The notes: generated by a model from the letters alone, not told the origin. A DNA stretch of 64,000 nucleotides from an uncultured delta proteobacterium (GCA_963848285.1 CAWKCZ010000003.1:68009-132008); one strand, 5' to 3'; shown: positions 42,194-54,635, counted from the stretch's first letter. A program made the numbers and translations.

Positions 42194-42236
42194 TGAAACC
42201 TCAGGGCGATCAATACTCCCCGATCTGAAATAGCGA

Positions 42237-42682
42237 CTAATGAGCGTTAGCGGCCTCGCTCGACTCGCAGTCCACACGCGGCCGCAGCGTGCAGTTGGCG
42301 CTGTCAGCGCTGATAAAAGGAATACGAGCTATCGAGCGATCCTGAAAAAACAGCGCGCTCGCGATTTGAATTCCATCGAGCGCTTTGAGTCCGTTGCTCC
42401 TAATGACTTCTTCAGCTCTGCGCAGCAAGGGTTCAGTCACAGCCACCAACTCCCATTGGGAGCGATCAGCTGAAGCCCTGCGCGCGATCGCCCCGATGAC
42501 GCGCTCGTTCAATTCTCCCATCATGCGTCTTCTTGTCAGGGCGGACACTAGTTCGACCGGAGTTAGTACGGAAGTCACACATCGATATCGCGCAGCAGGC
42601 GCCGCGCATCGAGCGCTCCAGTTTCGTTCAGATAGCGTTTTGCCAGAACGCTAGTATCGAAATATGCCCGAACTGCGGGCAT
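42237..42682 (-). pseudogene. vapC: PIN-domain toxin VapC, one frameshift near 42580
   Basis: My translation from CAT 42680-42682 reads MPAVRAYFDTSVLAKRYLNETGALDARRLLRDIDV, then shifts into ORF 42237-42578 (TSVLTPVELVSAL...LKALDGIQIASAL...FISAD). Confidence 0.75.
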
Positions 42683-42993
42683 CTAGTCCTCGTCGCGCAT
42701 TTCCCGAATGGTGTCGACGATCGACTTCCCCGGAAGTCGGTGGCCCTTGTAGGGGGCATTGGTCCTTTTTTTCGCGCCGGGATCAGGAACCCCGATTCGA
42801 CCATCCGCTTGATCGCTTCTTCCTCGGCATCTTCGTGCTGAGCCGGCGACTCTGGACGCACTGGACTGATTCGCACCACCGGCTTGCCGTGATCGGTGAG
42901 GATAACTTCCTTACCCCTGCGCACGGCCTTGATGAGGCTCGAGAATTTCTGGTTCGGCTCGCGCAAACCAACCATTCGCGGCGTTCGTGACAT
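42683..42993 (-). pseudogene. Phd/YefM-type antitoxin (VapB partner), one frameshift at a C5/A7 homopolymer region near 42755
   Basis: MSRTPRMVGLREPNQKFSSLIKAVRRGKEVILTDHGKPVVRISPV..., with the C-terminus PYKGHRLPGKSIVDTIREMRDED-stop in another frame. Its stop abuts the vapC start. Confidence 0.7.
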
Positions 42994-43083
42994 TGTCGTC
43001 AGGTTACTACAACCCGCGTCAGGTTGCCTGTCATTCAACCCTCCATAGTCCTCGTAAAACCGATTGTGGGGAGAGCAATGGCG

Positions 43084-46000
43084 TCAAGCCTCGCGATGCG
43101 CGAGGGCGCCGCGTTGGGGCGTGCGGCCGCGCACACGCGCCCACCATAGGCTTAAGCTGTCGAGATACAGATAAATCACCGGGGTGGTGTAGAGCGTCAG
43201 CATCTGGCTGACCAGCAGCCCGCCGACGATCGCGATTCCGAGTGGACGACGCAACTCGGAGCCGGTGCCGGTTCCGATCGCAAGCGGCAGCCCGCCCAGC
43301 ATCGCCGCCATGGTCGTCATCATGATGGGGCGGAAGCGCAGAATGCACGCTTCGTAAATCGCGTCTTCGGAAGATTTGCCCTCGAGGCGCTCCGCCTGCA
43401 GCGCAAAATCGATCATCATGATCGCGTTCTTCTTCACGATGCCGATGAGCAGGACGATGCCGATCAAGGCGATAATGCTGAGATCGTAGTGAAACATCAG
43501 CAGGAACAGCAGCGCGCCGACTCCAGCCGACGGCAATGTCGAGAGGATCGTGATCGGATGGATGTAACTTTCGTACAGAATTCCGAGCACGATGTAGACC
43601 GTCAGGAGGGCCGCCAGGATCAGTATCGGCTCGTTGGAAAGCGAGGATTGAAATGCCTGCGCGGTTCCCTGGAAGGTGCCGCGGATGCTGCTCGGCATGT
43701 GGATATCGCTCTGTGCCTGGTTGATGAGGTTGACCGCATCGCCGAGCGCGACCCCTTCCTTGAGGTTGAATGAGATCGTTACCGCGGGAAATTGGCCCTG
43801 ATGGTTGACTGTGAGTGGAGTTGTCGACGGCTGATAGTGGGTAAAGGCGCTGAGCGGAACCTGTCCACCATTAGTGGAACTCACGTAGATCTGCTTGAGC
43901 CCTTCGGGGGATTGCCAGAACTCCGGCGCCGCCTCCATCACGACGTGATACTGGTTCAACTGCGTGTACATGGTCGATACCTGGCGCTGGCCGAAAGCAT
44001 CGTACAAGGTGTTGTCCAGGAGTTCGGGCGTGATACCGAGCCGTGCCGCGCTGTCGCGATCGATCACGAGGTTGGCCGCGAGTCCGCTGTTCTGCTGATC
44101 GCTGCTGACGTCGGTGAGTTGCGCAATGGTGCGCATCTTCTGGAGCAGTTTTGGCGCCCATTCCATCAGCTGCGCGAGATCGTCGCTCTGCAAGGTGTAC
44201 TGATATTCGGCGCTGGCCAGGCGACCGCCAATGCGAAGATCCTGCACCCCCTGCATGTATAGACTGATCGCCCGGAATTTTCGACGCCTTCTTGCGAATT
44301 CGCGCCATGACTTCAGTCGCGTTGATGCCGCGTTCGCTCTGCGGTTTGAGCGCGATGAAGGAGCGCGCATTATTAGCCGCGCCGCCATCGCCGCCAGTAA
44401 ACGCCAGCACGTTGTCGACGGCCGGATCGCTGTCGATCAACTTGACCACCTTCACCAGCCGATCGCGCATCGCTTGAAACGAGGTGTCCTGATCGGCGAA
44501 CACCGCGCCCATCACGCGGCCGGTATCCTGTTCCGGAAAAAATCCCTTGGGGATAATTTTGAACAGATAAATATTGAGGACGAGGGTTGCGAGCGCGATC
44601 GTGAGCATCAGGGCCGGATGACGCAAGACCCATTTTAAGCTGCGCTCGTAGTTCGCGAGCATACGCGTTGAAGATGTTTTCACTAATCCGATAGAACCGG
44701 CCATGGTGACGATCGTGCTGGGAGCGTAGCAGCTTCGCGCACATCATCGGGGTGGTCGTCAGCGACACCACCATCGAGACGGCGACCGCCGCCGCGAGCG
44801 TGACGGCGAATTCGCGAAACAGGCGTCCGACAATCCCTCCCATCAACAGAATCGGAATAAACACCGCGATGAGCGAAAACTGATCGACATCACGGTGAAG
44901 CCGATCTCGCGCGTGCCCCGCACTGCCGCCCGAAACGGCGTATAACCCTCCTCGAGGTAGCGCGAGATGTTTTCGATCACGACGATCGCGTCGTCAACCA
45001 CGAAGCCGGTCGAGATCGTCAACGCCATCAGCGAGAGATTGTCGATGCTGTAGCCGAACAGGTACATGATGCCGAAGGTTCCGACCAGCGAGATCGGCAC
45101 CACGATGCCGGGGATCAGGGTGGCGCGCAGGTTTCGCAGAAACAGGAATACCACCATGATCACCAGCGCGATCGAGATGAGCATGGTGAATTCCACATCG
45201 TGCACCGAGGCGCGGATGGTGGTGGTACGGTCCATCCCCACGGTCAGCTTGATGTCGGCGGGAATCGACGCGCGAGCGCCGGCAGCGCCGCGTAAATCCG
45301 ATCCACAGTATCGATGATGTTCGCGCCGGGCTGGCGATAGATGATCACGAGCACGGCCGGTTTGGCATCGATCATTCCCGGCGGTGCGCACGTTCTCGAC
45401 CGAATCCGTCACCTTGGCTACATCGGATAAAACCACCGCCGCACCGTTGTGATAGGCAACGATCAGTGGACGATACTGGTCGGCCTTCAAAAGTTGATCG
45501 GTGGTTGAAAGTCGTCCAGGCCTTGGTGTCGTCCGCGATCTCGCCCTTGGGACGGTTCGCATTGGAGGCTGCGAGCACGGCGCGGACCTGTTCCAGGCTG
45601 ATACCGTACGGCGTTGAGTTGGGTCGGATTCAGGTCGACGCGCACCGCCGGGCAGAGCGCTGCCGCCCACCGTGACCTGGCCCACGCCTTCGATCTGCGA
45701 AAGCTTCTGCGCGAGAATCGAAGACGCCGCATCGTACATCTCGCCGGTACTTTTGGTCTTCGAGGTCACCGCGAGGATCATGATCGGCGCGTCGGCCGGA
45801 TTCACTTTGCGATAGAGCGGCTTGGCCGGGAGGTTGCTCGGGAGATTGCTATTGGCGGCGTTGATCGCGGCTTGCACATCGCGCCCGGCCGCATCGATGT
45901 TCCGGTTCAAATCGAACTGCAGGACGATGCTGGTCACGCCGAGAAAACTGGTCGAGGTCATATCGGTCAGCCCGGCGATCCGCCCGAACGATCGCTCCAG

Positions 46001-46198
46001 CGGCGTCGCGACCGATGAGGCCATCGTCTCGGGGCTTGCGCCGGGAAGACTGGCCTGCACCTGGATGGTGGGAAACTCTACCTGCGGTAGCGGCGCGACC
46101 GGCAGCAGGCGGAACGCGATAATCCCCGCCAGCGCGATCGCGATCGTCATCAGCGTGGTGCCGACCGAGTTCTTGATGAAGGTTTCCGAGAAACTCAT
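43084..46198 (-). pseudogene. mdtC: RND multidrug efflux permease, MdtC-like; many frame breaks
   Basis: N-terminus ...LLPVAPLPQVEFPTIQVQASLPGASPETMASSVATPLERSFGRIAG closely resembles E. coli MdtC as I recall it. About 1038 codons are spread over at least 6 ORF fragments. Its ATG overlaps the mdtB stop (ATGA at 46195-46198). Confidence 0.85.
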
Positions 46199-49100
46199 AT
46201 CGCCTGCACGCGCGGGGTCTGCATTTCCGCGGCCTCGGCGCGCACCTTTTCCGATTCCGGCGCGAGGCGATCGAAGTAGAGAAAAATAACCGGCGTGGTG
46301 TAGAGCGTCAGCAACTGGCTGATGAGCAGGCCGCCGACGATCGCGATCCCGAGCGGACGGCGCAGCTCCGAGCCGGTGCCGGTTCCGAGCGCGAGCGGCA
46401 ACGCGCCGAGCAGCGCCGCCATCGTGGTCATCATGATCGGGCGAAAGCGCAACAGGCACGCCTCGTAGATGGCGTCCTCGGCGTTCTTGCCGCCTTTGCG
46501 CTGCGCCTCGAGCGCGAAGTCGATCATCATGATCGCGTTTTTCTTGACGATACCGATCAGCAGGATGATTCCGATCAGCGCGATGACGCTCAGATCGATG
46601 CGGCAGATGAGCAGCGCGAGGATCGCGCCGACGCCCGCCGACGGCAGCGTCGAAAGAATCGTGATCGGATGGATGTAGCTCTCATACAGGACGCCGAGCA
46701 CGATGTAGACCGTGACCAGCGCGGCGAGAATCAGCAGCGGCTCGTTGGCTAGCGAGGCGCGAAACGCAGCCGCGGTGCCCTGGAACGCGGTCTGGATGCT
46801 TTCGGGCATGCCGATCTGTTTCTGCGCCTTGTCGATCGCCGTGACCGCATCGCCCAGCGAGTAGCCCGGGCGCGAGGTTGAAGGAAACCGTCACGGTCGG
46901 GAACTGTCCCTGATGGTTGACGATGAGTGGCGTGTTGCCCGCCTCGTAATGGGTGAACGCGCTGAGCGGAATCTGTCCACCGCTGGTCGAGCGCAGATAG
47001 ATGTCGTCGAGCTCGCGCGGATCGCGTTGAAATTCCGGCGCGACCTCCAGCACCACGTGGTACTGGTTGAGCTGGGTGAACATCGTCGAAATCTGGCGCT
47101 GCCCGAATGCGTCGTAGAGCGTGTTGTCGATGGTCGCGGGCGTAATCCGAGGCGCGAGGCGGTGTCGCGATCGATCACGAGGTGCGCGCGCAGTCCCTGG
47201 TCCTGTTGATCGGTCGCGACATCGCGCAACTGCGGGCAGTGCCTTCAGCTTGTCGAGCAGGGTCGCGGTCCAGGTGCTCAGCTCGGCCGCGTTCGGATCC
47301 TCGAGGCTATACTGATATTGCGTGCGGCTCACGCGATCCTCGACGGTCAGATCCTGCACCGGCTGCAGATATAGCGTGATGCCCTCGACCTGCGCCAGTT
47401 TCGGCTGCAGCCGATCGATGACCTGCGAGACGCTCGCATCGCGCTCATCGAGCGGCTTGAGATTGATGAGAATGCGGCCGCTGTTCGGCGTGACGTTGGT
47501 GCCGTCGACGCCGATGAATGAAGAGAGGCTTTCGACCGCCGGATCCTGCAGGATGACATGCGCGAGTTCCTGCTGCCGCTGCACCATCGCGGGGAACGAT
47601 ACGCTCTGCGGCGCTTCGGAAACTCCCTGGATGACGCCGGTGTCCTGCACCGGAAAAAATCCCTTCGGCACGATCCAGTAAAGCAGAATCGTCAGCACCA
47701 GCGTCGCGATGCGCCACCATCAGCGTCGCGGGCTGATGCTTCAGGACCCATCGCAAAGTGGCTGGCGTAGAAATCGATCGCGCGCTGAAACGCACGCTCC
47801 GAGGCTTGATAGAACCTGGTCTGCTCGCTTTCCTCGGTGCGGCGCAGCAGCTTGGCCGACATCATCGGGGTCAGCGTCAGCGATACTACCGCGGAGACGA
47901 GAATGGTAACTGCCAGTGTGATCGCGAATTCGCGGAACAGCCGGCCGACGATATCGCCCATGAACAGCAGCGGGATCAGCACCGCGATCAGCGAGATGGT
48001 CAGCGAAAGAATGGTGAACCCGATCTGCTCGGCGCCTTTGAGCGCCGCCTGCAGCGGCGCTTCGCCCTCCTCGATGAAGCGCGAGATGTTTTCGATCATC
48101 ACGATCGCGTCATCGACCACGAAGCCGGTCGAGATCGTCAGCGCCATCAGGGTGAGATTGTTGAGGCTGTAGCCGAGCAGGTACATCACGCCGAAAGTGC
48201 CGATGAGCGACAGCGGCACCGCGATACTGGGAATGATGGTCGCGGACAGGCTGCGCAGGAACAGGAAGATGACCATCACGACCAGCGCGACGGTCAGCAT
48301 CAACTCGAATTCGACGTCGGAGACCGAGGCGCGAATCGTCGTCGTGCGGTCTGTCAGCACCGCGACCTTGACCGAGGCGGGAAGCGACGCTTGCAGCCTC
48401 GGCAGCAGCGCCTTGATCTTGTCGACGACGGTGATGATGTTCGCGCCGGGCTGCCGCTGAACATTGAGGATGACCGCCGGGACCGAATTCATCCACGCCG
48501 CCTGCTTGACGTTCTCCGGCTCGTCGACGACGTTGGCGACATCCGAGAGCGTTCACCGGCGCGCCGTTTTTGTAGGCGATGACGAGCGGCTGGTAATCCT
48601 TCGCCGACAGCAGCTGATCGTTCGCGCCGACAGTGTAGGCCTGCGACTTGCCGTCGAAGTTTCCCTTCGCCTGATTCACGTTCGAAGCCGCAATTGCGGT
48701 GCGCAGATCTTCCAGCGTCAGCCCATAGGCCGAAAGCTGCGTGGGGTTGGCCTGAATCCGCACCGAGGGCTTTTGTCCTCCGCTGATGCTCACCAGTCCG
48801 ACGCCCGGACACTTGCGAAATTTTCTCCGACAGTCGCGTATCGGCGAGGTCTTCGACCTGGTCCAGCGGCAGCTCGGTGGAGGTCAGTCCGAGCGTCAGG
48901 ATCGGAGCGTCAGCCGGATTGGTTTTGCTGTACACGGGAGGATTGGGCAGGTCGGTCGGCAGATAAGTCGCCGCCGCGTTGATCGCCTCCTGCACCTCCT
49001 GCTCGGCGACATCGATGCTGAGGTTGAGATCGAATTGCAAGCGTGATGACCGAAGCTGCCGAATGAGCTGTTCGAGGTCATCTGGTTGAGTCCCGGCACC

Positions 49101-49318
49101 TGCCCGAACTGCCGCTCCAGCGGCGCCGTAACCGAAGACGCCATCACATCGGGACTCGCGCCCGGATAGAACGTCAGCACCTGGATGGTGGGATAATCGA
49201 CCTCGGGCAGCGCCGAGACCGGCAATTGTTTGAATGCCACAAGGCCGGCGAGCAGGATCGCCGCCATCAGCAGGGTGGTCGCGATCGGCCTGAGGATGAA
49301 TGGCCGCGACAGACTCAT
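46195..49318 (-). pseudogene. mdtB: RND multidrug efflux permease, MdtB-like; many frame breaks
   Basis: [73 protein letters not shown]. About 1041 codons over at least 6 fragments. Its ATG overlaps the mdtA stop (49315-49318). Confidence 0.85.
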
Positions 49319-50581
49319 TGCGCGGCGTGATTGTCGCTCACGTCGCGCGTCGCCATATGCACATTGACCTTCGCGCCCGGCTGCAACTTGTCGACGCCGT
49401 CGGTCACCACGGTTTCGCCCTGCGTCAGGCCGCTCGCGATTGAGGTAGCTCGCCTTCGGTCGCACTCACCGTGATCCCGCGCTGCGACACCGTGTTGTCG
49501 GGATTCACCACGTAGACGAAATTTCCCTGCGGGCTTTTCTGCACCGCCGCCGATCGGCACCAGCACCGTATCCTTGATGGTCTTGATGAGCAGGCGCGCG
49601 TTGACGAACTGGCTCGGGAACAGGGCAGAAGTCGGTATTGTCGAACGACGCTTTGAGCTTGACCGTCCCGGTGGTCGGATCGATTTGGTTGTCGAAGGTC
49701 AGCAGCTTTCCAGTGGCGAGCTTTTGCTTGAACTCGCGATCCCACGCCTCGACGAGGCACCGGTTGTCCGGTCTGCATCCGCGCGACAACTTTCGAAATG
49801 TCGTCCTCGGGAATTGCGAATACTACTGCGATTGGTTGCAACTGCGTAATAACCACCAGACCGGTGGTATCGGTGGCATGGACGATATTGCCGATGTCGA
49901 CCAGCCGCAGTCCGATGCGTCCGGTGATCGGCGCGGTGATTCTGGCTGTAGGTAATATTCAGTTTCGCACTGTCGACCGCCCCTGGTCAGCTCGCGACAG
50001 CGCCCTTGGCCTGATTCATCACCGATTGCTGATCGTCGAGTTGCTGGCGCGAGAGCACGCCCTGCGAATACAGAAGCTGGTCGCGCTCGAAGGTAAGTTC
50101 TTGCCGTCTTCGTAGGCGGCCTCATCCTTGGCGAGTTGGCCCTGCGCCTGCGCCAGTTGAACCTGGTAAGGACGCGGGTCGATCTGGATAAGCAGATCGC
50201 CTTCCTTTACGTTCTGTCCTTCCTTGTAAAAGATCTTCTGGATCGCGCCATCGACGCGCGACTTGACGGTGGTGGTATTGAAGGGAGTGACATTGCCGAT
50301 CGCGGTCAGATAGAGATTGAGATTGCCGCGGGTCGCGCGCGCCGCCGAAACCGGCACCGCAGGGCGCACCATTTTGGTCGTGTCTGAGCGGCCTGACGCT
50401 GGGCATACCAAAAATATCCAACAATCAGCGATAAGCACCACCGCGCCAATCGCCCACACCCGCCGGTCGGTCGCAAAGCCACAACGGGCAGAGACCGTTC
50501 GGAGGCAGAGTACTTCGCCTTGGTTTGCTCGGCGGTGGAAGCGCCGGAAGTCATCTCATCGAACAATTCAGATTTCTCCAA
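49315..50581 (-). pseudogene. mdtA: RND periplasmic adaptor (membrane fusion protein), MdtA-like; several frame breaks
   Basis: Fragments carry VKSRVDGAIQKIFYKEGQNVKEGDLLIQIDPRPYQVQLAQAQGQLAKDEAA, ...[18 protein letters not shown]..., ...[12 protein letters not shown]..., ...[15 protein letters not shown]. Confidence 0.8.
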
Positions 50582-50783
50582 GCGAGGGTTGCTCTCTGAG
50601 GTCGATAGACGGTTCGCTACCGTAGCGAGAGCTTTGCGCGGCTCCGAAAATGTTTCCGGATTTGGAGCGCGGGGCCCATCATCCTATTGACGTTCGAAAA
50701 TGGGACGCCGTTTCAAACGGATTTTTCTCGCGTACATCGGCAACCAGCTCCGTGGCTCACATTATAGAAGCATCTGCGCGACT

Positions 50784-50804
50784 CCGGATACCGCAAATAT
50801 CCGG
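50784..50804. promoter_or_regulatory. Inverted repeat CCGGATA-n7-TATCCGG, candidate TetR operator in the mdtA/tetR divergent region
   Basis: Perfect 7-bp arms, 62 nt upstream of the tetR ATG. Function inferred from position only. Confidence 0.25.
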
Positions 50805-50865
50805 GGCGCCAGCAGAACAATTCTTGCAATTTCGGACCCGCAAGTCCATTTTTCATAGTAGGCCT

Positions 50866-51501
50866 ATGGCTTCGCGCGCTGCCACCAAACCAAAGCACCT
50901 TCCGAAGAGGACTCGCGGACGTCCATCGATCCCGTTTCTACGCGAGACCATCCTGCGCCATGCCGAGGACCTCTTCGCGCGCAACGACTTCGCGCGCGTT
51001 TCAGTCGATGAGGTCGCGGCGCGGTCAGAGGTTGGGAAGGGAAGCATCTATCGCCATTTCGGATCGAAGGAAGAACTCTATGCGGCAGTGGTCATCGAAG
51101 GATTCAAGCATCTGCAAAATGAAATTCGCGCGGCGCTCAATGGATGCCCTTCGACCCGCGAGCAGATCGAAACCGTCATTCGCCTTACACTGGTGTACTT
51201 CTGGACGCGACAGCAGTTCTTCGCGCTGCTGCACGATCCGGCCGGGCATTGCCGGCGAGTCTCGCGCGCAGCTACCAGAAGCAGCGCCAGGAACTATCGA
51301 AGATGATCCGCACGATCCTTATCGAAGGAATGAAGCGGCGGGACGCTGCGCGAAGGTCTCGATACGCGCATCATCGCCGAATCATTGCTGGGGATGCTGC
51401 GAGGTATCAATCGCTATTGCCGCGAATACACGGCCCCCGAGCGCGCTACCGCCGCGGTGTTGTCTGTGTTCCTCGACGGCTGCGCGCGTCAACCACTATG
51501 A
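50866..51501 (+). pseudogene. TetR/AcrR-family transcriptional regulator, frameshifts near 51250 and 51345
   Basis: RETILRHAEDLFARNDFARVSVDEVAARSEVGKGSIYRHFGSKEELY (HTH). The C-terminus IIAESLLGMLRGINRYCRE...FLDGCARQPL-stop (51499-51501) is in a third frame. Divergent from mdtABC. Confidence 0.8.
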
Positions 51502-51554
51502 GTGTTGATCGATTGACTCATCGCTAGCGCAACTGGTAGTGGTTTCTCGCAATC

Positions 51555-51767
51555 ATGGAGGAACCAAAAAGCGTCGCTGAAATGATCGGCGAAATGCTGC
51601 GCGAGGCCGCGGTGCTTATCGCTGTTTTTGTCCCGCTCGATGTCGTGCTAGCGTTTCATTTTACGATGGGATGGAAGGACGTCATGCTACTTGTCGAGAG
51701 TACGGTATTCGCTAGCGCACTTTTCGCCGTCTCAGGGGTAGTGATCGAGCGTAGACGCAGCCGCTAG
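51555..51767 (+). CDS. Small membrane protein (70 aa, two TM helices)
   Basis: MEEPKSVAEMIGEMLREAAVLIAVFVPLDVVLAF...LLVESTVFASALFAVSGVVI. Confidence 0.45.
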   Translation: MEEPKSVAEMIGEMLREAAVLIAVFVPLDVVLAFHFTMGWKDVMLLVESTVFASALFAVSGVVIERRRSR

Positions 51768-51775
51768 GGCACGAC

Positions 51776-51934
51776 ATGATGGGGAGATATCTTATCGCGC
51801 TGAGTCCGCTTCTGTTTGCGTTAACAGTTCTTATCGTGGTGTTCCCGATCGGGCTGCATTACGCGCGCCTCGAGCGTGAGGAGCGTGCCCGGCAAGATGC
51901 ACTGAAATCCAAGCCAACCTCCGCCGCGACCTGA
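51776..51934 (+). CDS. Small membrane protein (52 aa, one TM helix)
   Basis: My translation: MMGRYLIALSPLLFALTVLIVVFPIGLHYARLEREERARQDALKSKPTSAAT-stop. It is below the 60-aa ORF-track cutoff. Confidence 0.35.
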   Translation: MMGRYLIALSPLLFALTVLIVVFPIGLHYARLEREERARQDALKSKPTSAAT

Positions 51935-51948
51935 TCCGCGACTTCCTC

Positions 51949-52848
51949 CTAACTGTACTTGCGCTCCTTCCACCATGGGAAGAACGAGGGCATATCAGTC
52001 GAGACCTTGTTCGGATATTTCGCCTGCCGCTTCTCCAAAAATGATGTGACGCCTTCCTTCGCATCGCCCGAGGCGCCGCGCGAGCGGATGGCGCGGCTGT
52101 CGATCTTGTGCGCCTCCATCGGATCGTCGGCGCCCAGCATTCGCCATAGCATCTGACGCGTCATCGCGACGGAGACCTGCGCGGTGTTGTCGGCGATCTC
52201 GCGCGCGAGGGCGCGAGCCGCGGGAATCAGTTCCTCGGGTTGATAAATCTTTTTGATGAGGCGTCCCTCGAGCGCCTCCTGAGCCGCGAATACCCGGCCG
52301 GTCATGGTCCATTCAAGCGCCTGCGAGATGCCGACCGCGCGGGTGAGGAACCAGCTCGAGGCCGCTTCGGGCACCAGGCCGCGGCGCGCGAACACGAAGC
52401 CGAAGCGCGCGTTCTCCGAAGCGAGACGTACATCCATCGCGAGCTGCATCGTCAGGCCGACCCCAACTGCGGGTCCATTGACGGCGGCGATCACTGGTTT
52501 CAGCGATTTGAAAATGCGCAGCGTGAGCAGTCCGCCGCCGTCGCGAATGGATTCGTCGCTCCAATCGATGTCGGCCTCGCTCCTTGCAGTGGCGCGGCTC
52601 GGTGCTTCGCCGGATGCAGTGCGATCGAAGGTGGCCCCACCGGCAGACAAATCGGCGCCCGCACAAAAACCGCGGCCCGCTCCGGTTACGATGATCGCCC
52701 GGATGTTGTCATCGGCATCGGCTTTGTCGAATGCATCGATCATCTCGCGCATCATCTCGCCGGTGAACGCGTTGAGCTTCTCGGGACGATTGAGCGTGAT
52801 GGTCAGGATATTGTCGGCGACATCGTACAGGATGGTCTGATAACCCAT
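51949..52848 (-). CDS. Enoyl-CoA hydratase/isomerase (crotonase) family protein
   Basis: From ATG (CAT 52846-52848): MGYQTILYDVADNILTITLNRPEKLNAF...IIVTGAGRGFCAGADL...IAAVNGPAVGVGLTM. The ORF-track entry (to 53769) is over-extended upstream. Confidence 0.88.
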   Translation of the reverse strand: MGYQTILYDVADNILTITLNRPEKLNAFTGEMMREMIDAFDKADADDNIRAIIVTGAGRGFCAGADLSAGGATFDRTASGEAPSRATARSEADIDWSDESIRDGGGLLTLRIFKSLKPVIAAVNGPAVGVGLTMQLAMDVRLASENARFGFVFARRGLVPEAASSWFLTRAVGISQALEWTMTGRVFAAQEALEGRLIKKIYQPEELIPAARALAREIADNTAQVSVAMTRQMLWRMLGADDPMEAHKIDSRAIRSRGASGDAKEGVTSFLEKRQAKYPNKVSTDMPSFFPWWKERKYS

Positions 52849-52943
52849 GCTGATAGCTACTCCGTTGGCAGAAACCTCTCCCCGCGCAGCAGCGCGACCC
52901 TCCCCCTTAAGGGGGAGGGTGAAAGGGTGAAGGACATCATCAT

Positions 52944-54245
52944 CTACGACTGTGCGTGAACTTCGTTTTCGATGACGCTTGCGTACTTGCGAAGGGCCGC
53001 TTCGCGCAGCTTCGGGATGTGCTGGGTCGGGAACAAATCCTCGGTGGCCTTGTACTCGCGCAGGATCTGACGCGCGACAGTGATTTTGTGTACCTCGGTC
53101 GGCCCATCGGCGAGCCCCATGTGGAAGCTCTGGATGACCTGCTCCACGAACGGCATTTCGGTGGTCGTACCGAGCGAACCGTGCAGGTAGAGAGCGCGCG
53201 ATGCGACGTCGTGAAAGACCTTCGGCATAATGGCTTTCACCGCTGCGATATCTTTGCGGACCTTGAGATAATCCTTGTAGCGATCGATCTTCCATGCGGT
53301 GCGCAGCACGAGGAGTCGGAACTGCTCGATCTCCATCCACGAGTCGGCAATTTTTTCCTGCACCATCTGCTTGTCGGCCAACCGCGAGCCTTGGGTGAAG
53401 CGCGAAAGCGCCCGCTCGCACATCATGTCGAAGGCCCGCCGGACCTGTCCGATAGTGCGCATCGCATGATGGATGCGGCCGCCGCCCAGCCGCGTCTGCG
53501 CGACCGCGAACGCGCCGCCACGAGGCCCGAGCATATGGTCCTTGGGCACGATTACGTCGGTGTATTGCACATAACCGTGGCTGCCCGCGCCCTCGTGCAT
53601 GCCGACCGCCAGGTTCTTCAGAATTTTCACGCCCGGCGTTTCGATCGGCACGATGAACATCGACATGCGCTTGTAGTCCGAGGCATCCGGATCGGTCACT
53701 GCCATCACGATGAGGAACGACGCGAGGTGCGCATTCGAGGAAAACCATTTCTGGCCGTTGATGACCCAATTGTCGCCCTTCAGCTCGGCCTTGGTCTTGA
53801 AGACTTTCGGATCGGCGCCCCCCTGCGGTTCGGTCATGGAAAATGCCGAGACGATTTCGTTGTCGAGCAGCGGCTGCAGATAGCGCTTCTTCTGCTCGGG
53901 AGTCCCGTAGTGAGCAAGAATTTCAGCATTGCCGGAATCAGGCGCCTGGCAACCGAAAACGATTGGCGCGTAGGTAACGCCACCGAGGATCTCGTTCATC
54001 AGGCCGAGCTTGACCTGGCCATAGCCGGGACCGCCGAGCTCGGGCCCGAGGTGACATGCCCATAGCTTGCGCTTTTTCACTTCCGCCTGGAGCGGGCGGA
54101 CCAGCTTATTGCGCAGCGGATTGCGGACATCGTAAGGGTGGCAGGTCAGGACGTACTGTAGCGGTTCGACTTCCTCGCGAACGAATTTATCGATCCAGTC
54201 GAGTTCCTTTTGGAACTCCGGTTCAGTTTCAAAATCCCAACTCAC
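52944..54245 (-). CDS. Acyl-CoA dehydrogenase
   Basis: GTG (CAC 54243-54245) follows a GGAGGA. ...SAFSMTEPQGGADP...WFSSNA...RIHHAMR...HGSLGTTTEMP...ADGPTEVHK. Confidence 0.88.
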   Translation of the reverse strand: MSWDFETEPEFQKELDWIDKFVREEVEPLQYVLTCHPYDVRNPLRNKLVRPLQAEVKKRKLWACHLGPELGGPGYGQVKLGLMNEILGGVTYAPIVFGCQAPDSGNAEILAHYGTPEQKKRYLQPLLDNEIVSAFSMTEPQGGADPKVFKTKAELKGDNWVINGQKWFSSNAHLASFLIVMAVTDPDASDYKRMSMFIVPIETPGVKILKNLAVGMHEGAGSHGYVQYTDVIVPKDHMLGPRGGAFAVAQTRLGGGRIHHAMRTIGQVRRAFDMMCERALSRFTQGSRLADKQMVQEKIADSWMEIEQFRLLVLRTAWKIDRYKDYLKVRKDIAAVKAIMPKVFHDVASRALYLHGSLGTTTEMPFVEQVIQSFHMGLADGPTEVHKITVARQILREYKATEDLFPTQHIPKLREAALRKYASVIENEVHAQS

Positions 54246-54635
54246 GATGGTTCCTCCGTTGGACGAATTTGTTCCCTCGGCGCGACAGTCACGAAGAGGC
54301 GTAGGGACGAATGCGGATTGTCGCTCAAAGCATAGCGGTTTTACCAGCGCCGAAATTAGAGTCGCTTTCGGCATCTTCTGGTTTGACTGATTATTTGGTG
54401 CGTGAACGAGTTTGCGAGCGCCCCGCTTCAATGCCGTGGCCCGCGTTGGAGAGATTTGCCGATCCGATTACTTGGCGGGTATCGAGGGGTTTGTGAGCGG
54501 GAGAAAACATTCGCCGGGCTCGTCGGGCGACGCGACTTCGCGAATTGACCCTGCTCAGGCGTGGCTGATATAAGGGCGCACGATAAAGCTGCATTAGACG
54601 AGCAATACCATTCGGTCGAAACCAAAAGTTATTGG

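Noticed and set aside
42237-42993. vapBC considered as part of a defence island
   Set aside because: It is a single, frameshifted type II TA pair flanked by ordinary genes (cytochrome c and an RND pump). No other defence, phage or mobile-element genes are nearby.
52898-52919. Perfect palindrome CCCTCCCCC-TTAA-GGGGGAGGG between the acyl-CoA dehydrogenase and the enoyl-CoA hydratase, considered as an intrinsic terminator
   Set aside because: There is no U-tract on either strand and the two genes are probably co-transcribed. It may be a stabilising hairpin or a protein-binding site, but nothing in the sequence decides between these.
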